A stretch of 63,986 nt of DNA, counting the filler, from Dimargaris cristalligena (Eukaryota): assembly GCA_003614675.1 (NCBI GenBank). It is 3 parts of 3 records of this genome, joined end to end, with 100 filler letters (N's around TTAATTAATTAA, not from the genome) between each part and the next. Parts side by side here need not be neighbours in the genome. Positions count along the whole stretch, not along the records: positions 22,840 to 45,530 come from ML002627.1; positions 45,631 to 63,986 come from ML002769.1; 1 more part is not named here. The stretch is one strand, 5' to 3'. Below are positions 35,917 through 47,235 of the stretch, piece after piece (the stretch's first letter is position 1; each line of letters opens with the position of its first letter). A program made the translations under genes and the position numbers. A model generated the notes under the pieces. It saw only the letters and a program-made list of their open reading frames with translations, did not search any database and had not been told where the DNA came from.

Positions 35917-37218
35917 CTAGGAAGCGGGTATGGTTGTTGGTGCGGGAAAGGGGATGCCCATTTGTCGCCATTTCTTGGCGACTTGGAGGTCTCTGCCCTT
36001 CAGTACCCGAGCGGCCCAGTCCCCGAAAATAAGGCCACGCGGGAACAGGCAAATCCCTTTTTGGGGGCCCAAGGCCAGCACCAAATAGCTCTCGGAGTCC
36101 TCAAACGTGCGGAGTTTAGGCAGTACGGGGCGCTGGCCCGGGTTGGGGTTGCGCAACTCCGCCCCAATGCACAGTTTGAGATTGCGGAGCAGTATGCGCA
36201 CCTGGTGGCTCGCCTTGCAGGCATTTTTGACACACTTGATATCGTTGACATCGCCTACGGCGAAGATGTGAGGGTAGTTGTCGTCCTTGATCTGGAGGGT
36301 GGGTAGCACCCGAATCCGCTCGTCCGGCCCAATGATACCGAGGCGGGTGTCCGTTTCGAGGGACTGCAGGAACTCGGTGTAGACCCGGGTGCCGGTGGCC
36401 TGGATGATCTTATCCGCCTCGATGGGGATGCCCTGGCGGGTGGTGATCAGATACGGCGAATTGGCCGAGACGGACATCTCCAGGGAAAGGGAGTTGGCCT
36501 CGTCTTGCAGATCAATGGAGTCCCCCAGAATCACATTTACCCCCAGCTCTTCCACGCGCTGGGTCACGCGGCGACGGAATTTAAGCGACAGGGGCGAGCT
36601 GAGCAGCTGCTCACCACGGTGGACAATGGTGATGTTCTTGTCGGGGCTCGCGTGCTTGATTTCACCGGCGATCTCGACACCGAGGGGGCCCCCACCGATG
36701 ATAAGAATATTCTCGGCGTAAGCCATGTCGTCCGCGAACTGGCCATTGACCTTGGTGGCCAAGGCCCGACTAGGCAGTAGGGGGGAGAAGGGGTGGGCAC
36801 TGGATGAGCCCGTGGCCAGAACCAGATAGTCATATTCGACAATGAACGGGCTGTCCTGCAGCAGGAGGTGCCCATCTAACACTTGGGTAACCTCGCCCTG
36901 CAGGAATTGGTGATTGGGATAGCTGTCATCCCGGGTGGGTTTAGCGCCATGAAAGACATTAGTGAAGGGGATCCAAAGGAGGTCGGCAAATGACCTGTCC
37001 ATGATGCCACGCACGGCCCCCACCTTGTGGTAGTGGTGGTCGTAGCGATCGATGAGGGTAACGTGTACCTGGTCCGGAGAGAAGCTGCGCACAATGCCCT
37101 GGGCGGTCTCCACCCCTGCCGTCGAGCCCCCGACCACTGCTAGTCGGATAGGGAGCCGGGTCGGGGCAGTGATGCTCTTATGCCAGTCACCGGGGAAAAA
37201 TTCTTGTACACCAGGCAT
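35917..37218 (-). CDS. AMID/AIFM2(FSP1)-like FAD/NAD(P)H oxidoreductase, paralog 2
   Basis: ATG at 37218. Motifs LAVVGGSTAG, YDYLVLATGS, IIGGGPLGVEIAGEI, HIFAVGDV and LALGPQKG. Confidence 0.9.
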   Translation of the reverse strand: MPGVQEFFPGDWHKSITAPTRLPIRLAVVGGSTAGVETAQGIVRSFSPDQVHVTLIDRYDHHYHKVGAVRGIMDRSFADLLWIPFTNVFHGAKPTRDDSYPNHQFLQGEVTQVLDGHLLLQDSPFIVEYDYLVLATGSSSAHPFSPLLPSRALATKVNGQFADDMAYAENILIIGGGPLGVEIAGEIKHASPDKNITIVHRGEQLLSSPLSLKFRRRVTQRVEELGVNVILGDSIDLQDEANSLSLEMSVSANSPYLITTRQGIPIEADKIIQATGTRVYTEFLQSLETDTRLGIIGPDERIRVLPTLQIKDDNYPHIFAVGDVNDIKCVKNACKASHQVRILLRNLKLCIGAELRNPNPGQRPVLPKLRTFEDSESYLVLALGPQKGICLFPRGLIFGDWAARVLKGRDLQVAKKWRQMGIPFPAPTTIPAS

Positions 37219-39974
37219 GCTGAAGGGGGAGAGATTATGGAAGGGAGGGGGGGGCAAGTTAGGTGGACGGGAAAACAATGATCTGAAAGTGGAGTACGCG
37301 GACAGGTATACGTGTATAGGACAGATGTCGGAAGTGATGAGAGGGGGGGGGCACGAGAACAGGAGAGTTCGGCTATTAACGGGCCAACAGGCGGGGGCAA
37401 TCGGGGAGGTTTAAATACTGAGCCGCCATGGAGATAGCGAGTCTAGCGGCCATCCCCTCTGCACCAAGGAAGAGGGACCCCACAACGCGGCTGTCCCTAC
37501 AGTACATAGTGGCCAGAAAAACAGTGAGCCACAAGGGAAAACCCGAGAGGCACTGGACACTGATTGCCGCTGAGTCAGGCTCCAGTGTTTCCAGGAAGCA
37601 ATGGGTCGGCGGAGTGTGACTCGAAGAAAGAGGGTGTGGCATGGTCACACATTCCTCAGTCCGAATAGTTCTGGAGGTGGTGGGGAACTCGGCCATGAGT
37701 GGCCCGACAAGGCGGTCCATTTAGAACTGAGACACCCCCAAAACACCACTCCCCATTCCACACACTTGGCTATTAATTGGCCATGGTGATCAGGTTTGCA
37801 AAGTCCAATATTTGGCCACAACGGGCCTGGGAACAGTATAGAAAACAGGTATTCCTTCACTGCGCTGGTCCGCTGGTATCATTTAAGTTGTTATTATCCT
37901 ACACTGGTTGGCGCCGTATTTAACCAGCGGTGTCTATTATGATCTCCCAGAATCAACCGCCAATCACGCATAAATTTCCCCCAGATTGGCCCCTCTTTCC
38001 ACTGGTTAATTTAGTCCGACTTTCCCAGACAAGAGCCCCCCTCCCACATTCCCAAATAGGCTGGGTTTCCATAGCTGGTATGTTTTATTACCCCCTTTTC
38101 CCTTTTGAAACGGAACCGATCTCCCCGCCTCTGCCAGGCTATTCCTGATCCACTTTGGCCTATACCAATACGGAGCCGGCCGTCGTGATCGGTGGGTGCG
38201 AACGATGGTTAACAATCATTTTGAGATGCAAGCACCCCCCGAATACTACAATTGGAATACCGGCCAATCGGCACTCTATATAGAAAGAAAAGTACACTCT
38301 GCCCGTCAGATGTGATGGACTTGAAGATTCCTGGGCGGGGGGGGGTAGTCGAGTGACCTTCATATAGCCCGCTACACATACCTTGACCTGCCTAGAAACA
38401 CTCCAAAGACCGTGGGCTTCCATTTGGGGTGGGCAACGCTCTAACCCCACCAACAATCAGCCAATAACTGGGCTTTTCATATCGCACCATGCATTCCCTC
38501 TAACCCTAATTGGTTGTTGAGTGGTTGTTACTAAAGGGACCCCCTCCATCCACGTGAGTTGGCCAGGGCTGACGACGGCTCCTGTGAAACTAACTAATAG
38601 GGCGATCCTTGAGAATGGAGTGTGTGTAATAGCCTCCGGCTAATTGGTGGCTCTCCCCAAGGACTCGAGGTTTCATTAGCGGCCCCCATGGCTGCTTGGA
38701 GCGTTGACCAAGTAAAAACCCTGGGCACCGGTGGTTGAGCGGTTTCGTTGGGCCTACTTGACCGACCAATGCGCCTTTAAAGTCAATTTATTAAGTCTAC
38801 AGTGCCGCCTACGGATTCTTCACTCTCCCCTTATCCATACAGGGTTGGCCAACGGCGGTCCACCAGAGAAGGGGTCGCCAAGGATGTGTGGTGGTGGGGG
38901 ACCCCTGGGCCATTCCCTGCAATTAAGAGACCAAAGGCACCGATATTCTGGAAGTATTCTCCTAATATGGCAAGCAGCTCCATAGTCCCCACTTCGGTGA
39001 TGCACGTCATTGTTGGTCGTGCAGATTAATTTAGGCTCATCCCAATACTGCCAGGTATACAGACAGCGACAATCGAAATAGAGTCGCCGTGATTCAATCT
39101 TTCCTTCGATTCTGTTGACACCTCCACTCCACCCTTCTTGCTTTCAATGACTTTAGAATAGTGTAATCATGGGTGGATCGCAGGTCGATTAACGCACACT
39201 AGTTTCACTCGAATTACATTTTTAATCACCCATACATCCTCTCTATCCATCATCCCCCAAGTCCTACCCGTATCTAAGGCTGGCGTAAACCCGCACCTAT
39301 GCTGCTAAAGGGGCGGGCCCTACTCCGGTGAATTAGTGGACGGGAATAGGAAAGTACCGACAACAAGGAGGGGGGGCTGGTTCCTTCAGCTAGGGTTATT
39401 GGCCAATTAAGAATACGTAGCCGGAGTGAATTAGTCAAATGTAAATTCAATCTAAAAAAGGAAAGGGCATGTTAGTACTTGGGTCCAGAAATGGGCGACC
39501 GGGAATCCTGAAAAGCAATCCGGCCCGTTTAGGGAGACCCGCTGTCAATGAAAGGAAAATAAGGTCGTGAGTAAGCACTGGCCAACCTGTGAAATAATCA
39601 GCCATAAATGCTGTGTCACTCGGTTAGTCCATCTCTTCTTAGCCTGCTTATTAGTCCCCCCGAGGGAGATCCACTATGGTCGTGAATATGATTAAGCTGA
39701 AAGGCATTTCTGGGGATGACCAGCACACTCAGCGGCTTCCCCCATTAGGGTTACCGCAACGGAAAGTCCTCCATGACCCGGCTTTATTAGGAAAGTACAT
39801 AGAAATAAAGCCACGCATTGACCAGGGAATAATACCGAGCTAAGAAACGCAATTGGCAAAGATCCAATGGGTAGTAGTAGTGGAGGTGTATACATCACTT
39901 TGCAACAATACGAATAGAAGGGTGTGAAACGATTACCGCCAAATTTAAGGTCAGGAGTGGGGGGATTAGCCCCG

Positions 39975-41465
39975 TTACTCATCCATACTATAGTTAGCTT
40001 GGTACCGGATATCCCGCTGCTTGGTCTTACGAAGGGTCCGCTCTTTGGCTACCTGCGACCGGGGCGAGTGAACCACACGCTCCGTCGGCCCAGTATGCAG
40101 GGCTAGATCACTGAATGCAGTCCCAAAAATATCCTGGAGCAGATCATTTTCTTGGAAATGGTTTAACAACCCTTCGTTGAGCACCAGTCGAAACACCTGA
40201 AGGCGGTGTATTTGGATCCAATCATCAAATACCAGGGTCCCATATTTAGTTTTAAACGTAAGCGAAGGGTCGTCGCCATCTTCCACGGTTCGCAATACTT
40301 GGCGAAGAGCGGCCTTTTGCGCAGCCCGTTCCTTTTTACTTCGCCGCCGCGAGGAATCCGCCACAAGGGCGTGAAGCTGGTCCACGAGCGGGGCATCATC
40401 CCATGCGGCCGGGTGGTCCGATTCCCCCGATCGATAGCGCAGCATGGCGTACAGGAGGGCAATGGTTTGGCCACTAGCGATACGCACTTGTACCTGGTCG
40501 GAACCGAGGCACTTGGCCAGGGGGCCAATGACCTCGTTGAAGATCTTCCCAGCCAGACTCGGGGCCCCATTGAGGGCGGAGACGAGCAGGCCCAGACTCA
40601 CCAGCGCTGACTCAAGAACCTCTGGGGTCTCCTTAGGGGAGGCGATGATGGGAAGTAAATACCGACATAGGTCGGCGGTGGCAAATACGTCTTGGCAGGC
40701 AATGAAGCAGGCCACGGCTAGGCTTAGAATGCACTGAGCCTTGGTGGCCGGATTCCGGACGGACTTGATGAGGGGGCGCAAAAGGGTACTGAGGTCCTCA
40801 TAGGCCTGCTCTTGGTCGGCGCCAAGGGTCACAAACCAGAGGGCAATGCCCCGCGCCGCCAGCAGGGTCTCTCGGGAGGACTTGCCCGCCCGAACCGCCC
40901 GGCGGAGTGCGTCCAGAAAGGTCTCCTGGGACGATTCGAGGGCGTCGGCAGCATAGCGAAGGGCCATGGCACGAATGAGCCACTGGAGGGCCTCCTCACG
41001 AGTGCTGAGCGGAGGCGGTAGAGGGAGGGGGCGAATGACAGGAGGGGAGGCGGGGATTAATCAGCAAGGAAATATGGGTTGCCGGTGGATGAGCCGCTTT
41101 TATTAATAGGTTGGTTCGGCAAGAGTCAGGGGTGATTAGTTGATTTAACCAGGGTATAGGCCTTACCTCGCACGCTTCTCGGTCAGTTTGTCAATGTTAT
41201 CCCGGACCAGCTCTTCGAAGGTGTCGTCGCCCGAGCCGAGGAGGGGAGGGCCACCCAACGAGCCGTCGGCATGGCCGTTGAGGATAAAGTCGTCGGTGGC
41301 CAAGGAGGTATCGGAGTCAGAGTCGAGGTGGTCGTCGTCACTGCCCTCGGCGTCGGAGCCCTGTCGGCTGGCCGCGGGGGTGGACTTACGGGAGCCAGGC
41401 AGCCCCTTAATGGGACCCCCTTTTTGGGACAGGGCGGCCCGAAGGGATTGGCGCATTAGACTCAT
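39975..41465 (-). CDS. Interferon-related developmental regulator (IFRD) domain protein, 2 exons
   Basis: Exon 1 is 41465-41167 and exon 2 is 41004-39975 (join TEKRAS/TREEAL). Motifs VRIASGQTIALLY, SKKERAAQK..LRQVLRTVE, GLLNHFQENDLLQDIF and KERT...KQRD. Confidence 0.88.
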
Positions 41466-41794
41466 GCTAAAACGTTTAGGATAGTGGGGCTCAATGGGGT
41501 GGTGGTAAAGTAGAGGGGAAGGGGGGATAGGGCGATTGCCGAGTGCACATGGGGTGGTGAATGAAGAAACAAAGATAATAGACACAGTGCCCCATGGGGT
41601 CAGAAGAAGAGGAGAGTTAGGATTCGACGTTCCGAGTGGGCTAATGGGCAATGGGAGGTGGGGGGAGTATCGCTCATGTTGGAATTGGCAACTGAAACAG
41701 GTGGGCGGGGTCTGGATTGTTGCTATCCACATTGAATTGAACAATGAATGAGTAATGAGGGATTTGGGCACTACCAACCGGGTGGTTCTATAAG

Positions 41795-41803
41795 GTCACG
41801 TGA
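41795..41803. promoter_or_regulatory. GTCACGTGA E-box in the divergent IFRD/ERT1 promoter
   Basis: Exact motif about 330 nt from the IFRD ATG and about 355 nt from the ERT1 ATG. Confidence 0.45.
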
Positions 41804-42158
41804 TACTTTGACAGCTGTCAGCCTAAGCCTACTCCATGCTATTGTTCCTTCTTCCTCCGGGTTATTCCTTGCCGCACGAATCGAAGTGCGCCCAGCGTGT
41901 GACAGGCACTGCGAAGTTTTCGAGATGGGCAGCAAGCAGGCCACTCAAAGAGAGAGAGAGAGGTGGGCAATATGGGGTTGACTGTCTGCATGCAAACGGG
42001 AATCGGCGACTGATCCCGTCTTTTCTCTTTTCCCCTTTCGGAGTCCTTCGGAATGGCCCTACCCTTCCTGCCTTTGAGCTAACCAATTCTACTCTTTCCC
42101 GTGATTTATCAGCGAGAACCCTCCCATTCGCGTTTCCTTTCGCTTGTTGCTACTCCAC

Positions 42159-43730
42159 ATGTCTCCCGACGACTTGAATCAACGACTACCGGGCGCCGGG
42201 CATATTCCCCCGGTCTCGATGGGCCTGTCCGGCGTCCCGCCTCCTTTATCCTCCCCGGGCTACCCGCCGTTATCCATGGCCGGGCTGGTTTCGCCTCCTA
42301 CCACCTACTATACCAACCCCCCCGAGGCCGGTGAACCGCGCTCCCCATCCGCCCCCAGCTCACCCGACCACTCCCCCGCTTCGGCAGGTCCCCGCCGCAG
42401 CCGCCGGCGTAAGGCGACCCGGGCCTGTTTAGACTGCCAGCGCGCCCACCTGACGTGCGACGACGGCCGGCCGTGCCAGCGCTGTGTCAAACGCGGTTTA
42501 GCCGTCACCTGCCGTGACGGATTCCGCAAAACCGCCAAATACTTGCTCGAGGATGACCAGGAAACCCTGGTTCCCCCGGCCGACAGCCACCAGCGCCTTT
42601 CGTCGTCCCCGGCCGGCCTACATCCCCCGGCAGGTGTAGTGGGCCAGCTCAACTTCTCGCCTCCCACTCTAGCCCATCATACCACCCCCCTAGTATCGCC
42701 CTTGGTCGAGACCTCCGGTATCCTCAATGTGCCCCTGCCGGGCAACTACGGATTTGGGTCCGAGTCCACCAACCTAGAGTACAATATGCTCAGTTCTATC
42801 CTCAACAACTCGGTTCTCAACTCGGTGAGCCATAGCAATCCACCCGCCGGCCTGCCCGGTATGGAGATGGCTGATATCCCCTGGCCCAATATTAATGGAG
42901 ACCCGAGCGTACCGCTAGGCCTGCCCTTTGCTGCCGCCCCCTCCCTGGCCAACCCCAATCTGCTCCTCATGACTCCGTTGCCCCCGTCCAACGGTGGCCC
43001 CTCCCAAAACTCCCCACATACTGCGCTGGGAGCCCCCACCTCCGCCGAGGCAGGTCTAATCACCCGCTCCCTGTCGGGCCGTGAAAACCCCGCCTGCCCC
43101 ATCAGCAGCAACGGAACATACCGTACCAGTGCCGATGTTTACAGCCGAGTTACCGAGCCCTTCCGCTATGTGGATGGCTTCCATTTTTTAATGCGTTTAA
43201 TTCGGGACCGCATGAGCAAAGAAGATGCCGTGCGGATTTCCCGGGCCATGTCCCAGTTCCGCCCCACTTTTATTGCCATGAATATGAACCTGACGACCGA
43301 GGACCTCGTCTTTGTGGAAAAATCCTTCCAGCGCACCCTGATGGAGTTTGAAAAACTTATTTCCTATTCGGGCACTCCCACCGTCGTTTGGCGGCGCACC
43401 GGCGAAATTGCCCTGGTCGGTAAAGAATTTGCCATGCTGACCGGCTGGACCAAGGAACAGCTCCTGGGGGCATGCCACTCCTCCCAGCCCGACCCGGCCA
43501 CCTCCCATCGCTATATTTTTGAACTCATGGACAACCCCTCGGTAGTGGACTACTGGGAAAAATTCGCCCAGCACGCCTACGGCGACTCGGAGCACTCGGT
43601 CATGTCCACTTGTCAGCTGCGTCGGCCCGACCAGCGAACCGTTCCGTGCACCCTGTGCTTCACCATCCGTCGAGACATTTTTGACATTCCGCTGGCCATC
43701 ATTGGCAATTTCCTTCCCATCCTCTCGTGA
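42159..43730 (+). CDS. ERT1: Zn(II)2Cys6 + PAS transcription activator of gluconeogenesis, Ert1/AcuK
   Basis: Zinc cluster RACLDCQRAHLTCDDGRPCQRCVKRG...C.DG.RK.AKYL. PAS region FVEKSFQRTL, GTPTVVWRRTGEI, TIRRDIFDIPLAIIGNFLP. Confidence 0.93.
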   Translation: MSPDDLNQRLPGAGHIPPVSMGLSGVPPPLSSPGYPPLSMAGLVSPPTTYYTNPPEAGEPRSPSAPSSPDHSPASAGPRRSRRRKATRACLDCQRAHLTCDDGRPCQRCVKRGLAVTCRDGFRKTAKYLLEDDQETLVPPADSHQRLSSSPAGLHPPAGVVGQLNFSPPTLAHHTTPLVSPLVETSGILNVPLPGNYGFGSESTNLEYNMLSSILNNSVLNSVSHSNPPAGLPGMEMADIPWPNINGDPSVPLGLPFAAAPSLANPNLLLMTPLPPSNGGPSQNSPHTALGAPTSAEAGLITRSLSGRENPACPISSNGTYRTSADVYSRVTEPFRYVDGFHFLMRLIRDRMSKEDAVRISRAMSQFRPTFIAMNMNLTTEDLVFVEKSFQRTLMEFEKLISYSGTPTVVWRRTGEIALVGKEFAMLTGWTKEQLLGACHSSQPDPATSHRYIFELMDNPSVVDYWEKFAQHAYGDSEHSVMSTCQLRRPDQRTVPCTLCFTIRRDIFDIPLAIIGNFLPILS

Positions 43731-44979
43731 CCGACTATCCCGTAACTTCCGGAATTCATTGGCCGGGGGTGGCAATTATGAGGCCCTTTTCGACCCCCGG
43801 CGGAATGATCGACTGACCAAGCCACACTATTCTCCGATTTCCTTGTACATACTTACTTGGCACCAGGACCTTCTCTGCCATATATTCATTGACGACTCTT
43901 GCCCGTTTTGTTTTTTCACCATCCTATCTATAAACTAATGACTAGGCGTCTTGGCCTTTAATATGAACTACATCACTGACAGGGAATCATTTAATGTAAA
44001 GCGGCAAGTAACTTGGTACTGTGGTAGACCATTCTCCTTCCAACGGATGATTGCCGGCCTATAATGATTTAAGCCGACTTACGTTAATCCAGGGATTCCA
44101 CGGGAAAACCGGGGTAGTGTGTACATGGAAGATACCGAATCCAGAGGCCTTTGGACCTTGTTTCGCATGAGGCTTTCGAAATGTATATTGATGTGGTCCC
44201 AAACTATCCCTCTTCTCCAAATATATACTCTCCCAGGCGTATATATTAACAAATGGCCGGATACACCACAGAGCAGGTTTAATTTCACATATAGGTAGAT
44301 GGCCATAATTTATCCATTTCCATTTCCATTTCCATGGCCCATCCCCACACCCGGTTAATGTGACCAAAACCCCCCCATAGCCATGTTCCGGGCACAAAGA
44401 ACATAGACCATTGGTTTTCAAGTGACCGGCTTTATTTAGACAGGCCGGGGAGTGGGCGCCTATTTTTATTTACTGATTTGTTTAGAGAATCGTCGAATTG
44501 AATGGCTTTAATTACAAATTGCGAGTTGAACGTAGGGTGAAATCATGCAAATGACCCTTGTTATAGGAATGGTATACTACGCCACCTTGGGTGGTACGGG
44601 ATTGCTCAGTGGATATTCCACATTGCATACGCGAAAGGGTTACTTATAAATAGCCATCGGTCAGTGGGTATTGTGGGTTATTTAGGTTTAGGTGGGTGGC
44701 TATTGAATTATAATAAAGCAAGCCCCCAAATTTCAAAGTCGGAGAATTGGATTCATTCGAACCTTTAGTGGGATAATGGGAGATTAGTACATTGGGTAAA
44801 TGGTGATCATTAATAAAATAATAAAATGCGAATCAAAAAAGCCAAAAGAATCATGATCATTATGATTATCGCAGCGCAGTGTCCGAGACATAGTATGGAG
44901 TGAAGGTGGAGAAAGGGGAAGACGGGCAGGCTACTTGCAACGCACAGGTATACAGCAAGGGGCCCTCGGAGTCATTCGG

Positions 44980-45510
44980 CTATGTTGATGAATCACAATG
45001 AAGGGGGATCTCAAAGACCGAGTCGGCACTACGTTTACTTGGAGTGGTAAGGGGGGGCTGACTGGAGGTATCGGTCTCCGACGGGCCGTCGTCGAAATTA
45101 ACCGGCTTGGTGGAGCTCGTGTCGGACGAGGGGCTACTCCCTTCGGAGGTAGGATGGGTTTTGAGTGGGGTCAGATCGGTTAGTTCCGCCAGCTGGGTGG
45201 GCATAGAGGACGAAGGTTCCTCCAACCGGAGGGTCAGGCCGTTGGGCAGAAGGGGGGCACCCGAACTGTAACTGTAGCGCTGGGCCTTGACCGCGGTGTA
45301 GGGCTTGAGGGCAGCCAGTCCCGTGGGCCGGTTGGGGGATTCAGCCGAATGATGTCCGCCGGTACTGTGTCGGAAGGAAACCGGCAGGGCGGGTGTAGGC
45401 ATCGAGTCAAGAGTAAGCGAGAGATGGTGGGGGCTTAGCACCGGATCCGATTCGGAGTGTCGGGTAGAGGGGGGGGGGATACCCCCCCTGGAGGCCCGGG
45501 GATAGACACC
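44980..45510 (-). CDS. Probable 3' exon of a Ser/Pro-rich protein whose start lies in the gap
   Basis: About 175 open, GC-rich, coding-like codons running up to near the gap, with a possible acceptor ccag near 45511. No family recognised. Confidence 0.45.
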   Translation of the reverse strand, partial: GVYPRASRGGIPPPSTRHSESDPVLSPHHLSLTLDSMPTPALPVSFRHSTGGHHSAESPNRPTGLAALKPYTAVKAQRYSYSSGAPLLPNGLTLRLEEPSSSMPTQLAELTDLTPLKTHPTSEGSSPSSDTSSTKPVNFDDGPSETDTSSQPPLTTPSKRSADSVFEIPLHCDSST

Positions 45511-45530
45511 TGGTTTTCAGGGTCCAGACA

Positions 45531-45630
45531 NNNNNNNNNNNNNNNNNNNNNNNNNNNNNNNNNNNNNNNNNNNNTTAATTAATTAANNNNNNNNNNNNNN
45601 NNNNNNNNNNNNNNNNNNNNNNNNNNNNNN
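45531..45630. other. Assembly gap / artificial contig spacer
   Basis: 100-nt N run containing TTAATTAATTAA. Confidence 0.98.
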
Positions 45631-45699
45631 ACCTTTCCCTTTTATTATCTATCTTTTCAAATAAAGTTCAGTTTTCAAGGATTTGATTTCAGTTCATTA

Positions 45700-46900
45700 C
45701 ACCATCAGAGTCTTCTAGATACCAACAGTTGTCTGGCTGGCCTATTTACCTATATCTTAGTCTTAGTAGTATCCTTCCCCTGGGACCTCCCTCTGGAGTT
45801 ATCCCTGCATATATATAACCAGGCCCCATTGGGACTAGTTAGATTCCTTAGCATATTCTTACCCCCTGGTTTACCCCCTAATAAACCCTATATACACTCA
45901 CTCCCCCCATACTGACTAGTAAGTATACCCACTGCACATCCCTTGCCTATACCTGTACTCAAGCCTTTATTAGTTAGTACCATACCTGTACCTAATACTA
46001 GCAGCCACTTAGCCAAGCCTAAGCCCTTCCTACCATTAGAAGCCTCTCCTTAGGACTCTTAACAGATTAAGAGTGGTAAACCCAGGCAATATTAGTGGAG
46101 GACTAAATCAAATGGTCTCTCAAAGGAAAGCCTCTGTACCCCCCATCCATAAACCCACCCACACCTTACAAAGGACTGTAAGGTACTGTGGAAGGAATAT
46201 ACCTATAACTGTAAAGGACTGTGGATGACCAAGCTCTCAACCCATAAAGGACCATGGATGTGTAAGAATAAGATAATGAATTACAACAGATCACAAGAGT
46301 ATACTGATACCTCAACCAACCCCACCACAATCCAGCAGTACAAGAACTACAACAGAAACTATGTGACCTCCCAAGAAGCACTAACCCTAAGACTTACTAC
46401 TTCTACAAAGATTTTCTAGTGGAAAAATTCTGTACCTTTGCATACCCACAGAACATCTCCCCTAACCTCCCACAAGTCAGGGGCTCCCATTAGGACACCC
46501 TCAATCAAATTAACAAGGACTACTAGTAAGCCCACATTAACTGATAACTCCATAGTCTATACTGACTCATCAATCCCACTCTAGGGCCCAACTACTGACT
46601 ACCCCAGGCTGTAGCCAACAGCAATGCACCCATCTCCAGCCACATCCACTAAGGTACCTACATAGCAGCACTCAGCCACCCCCCCTACCCCATTGGACTC
46701 ATAGGACTGAGCCCACCTTAGTTAAAGGAGGGAGGAGATAGCCCCACCATCCTAATTATCCTGATACACTAAGGAATCCCCAGTGGTCATTAAACCTACC
46801 CCTGTATAAGTCAATTTGACCAATACTTATAGTCTCCCCATATATAAAGAGTGGGACTGAGCTACACCTCCCCATATTGAAATCAGCAATATTGAAGAAT
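45700..46900 (+). mobile_element. Degenerate LTR retrotransposon 5' end: LTR copy C (to 46091), PBS-like site, eroded internal region
   Basis: 45700-46091 matches the reverse complement of about 485-875. It is followed at once by ttagtggag, close to TGGTGGAG. The downstream C/A-rich sequence has no CpG by eye. The right boundary is approximate. Confidence 0.6.
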
Positions 46901-47110
46901 ATGTTCCTATGTGTTCTTTATCCTATCCTGTTTCACCCAATTATATTAGTTTATTCTACTATTAAGAGATTATTTATGTTAGATACTTATGTTTCATCCC
47001 ATCAAAATTACAGTTTAATAAAACTAACCACCTAGAGGTACCTACTGTCCTCTAGCTGCTTTCTTCCCTTACTTCCAGTTTTATTTTCTTTATGTCCTTA
47101 GTATTCCAAT

Positions 47111-47235
47111 ATGTATAATGAAAAATCCATTAGATGGGGCCAATATTGCTTGTTAAAAGGTTGTCTCCCACATATTCCCTCATATATGTATTATGTAAAA
47201 CCTTTTACAGTTGGTTTGAATTGCACCCATATGAT
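47111..47235. mobile_element. MITE, copy 3 (left TIR truncated)
   Basis: tgtataatgaaaaatccattagatg...gaattgcacccatatg is colinear with 361-483 and 10395-10516. Confidence 0.75.

Noticed and set aside
10917-37218. Cell-death gene cluster (ALKBH7, two AMID genes, tyrosinase)
   Set aside because: The genes are far apart, interleaved with housekeeping genes and split by an assembly gap.
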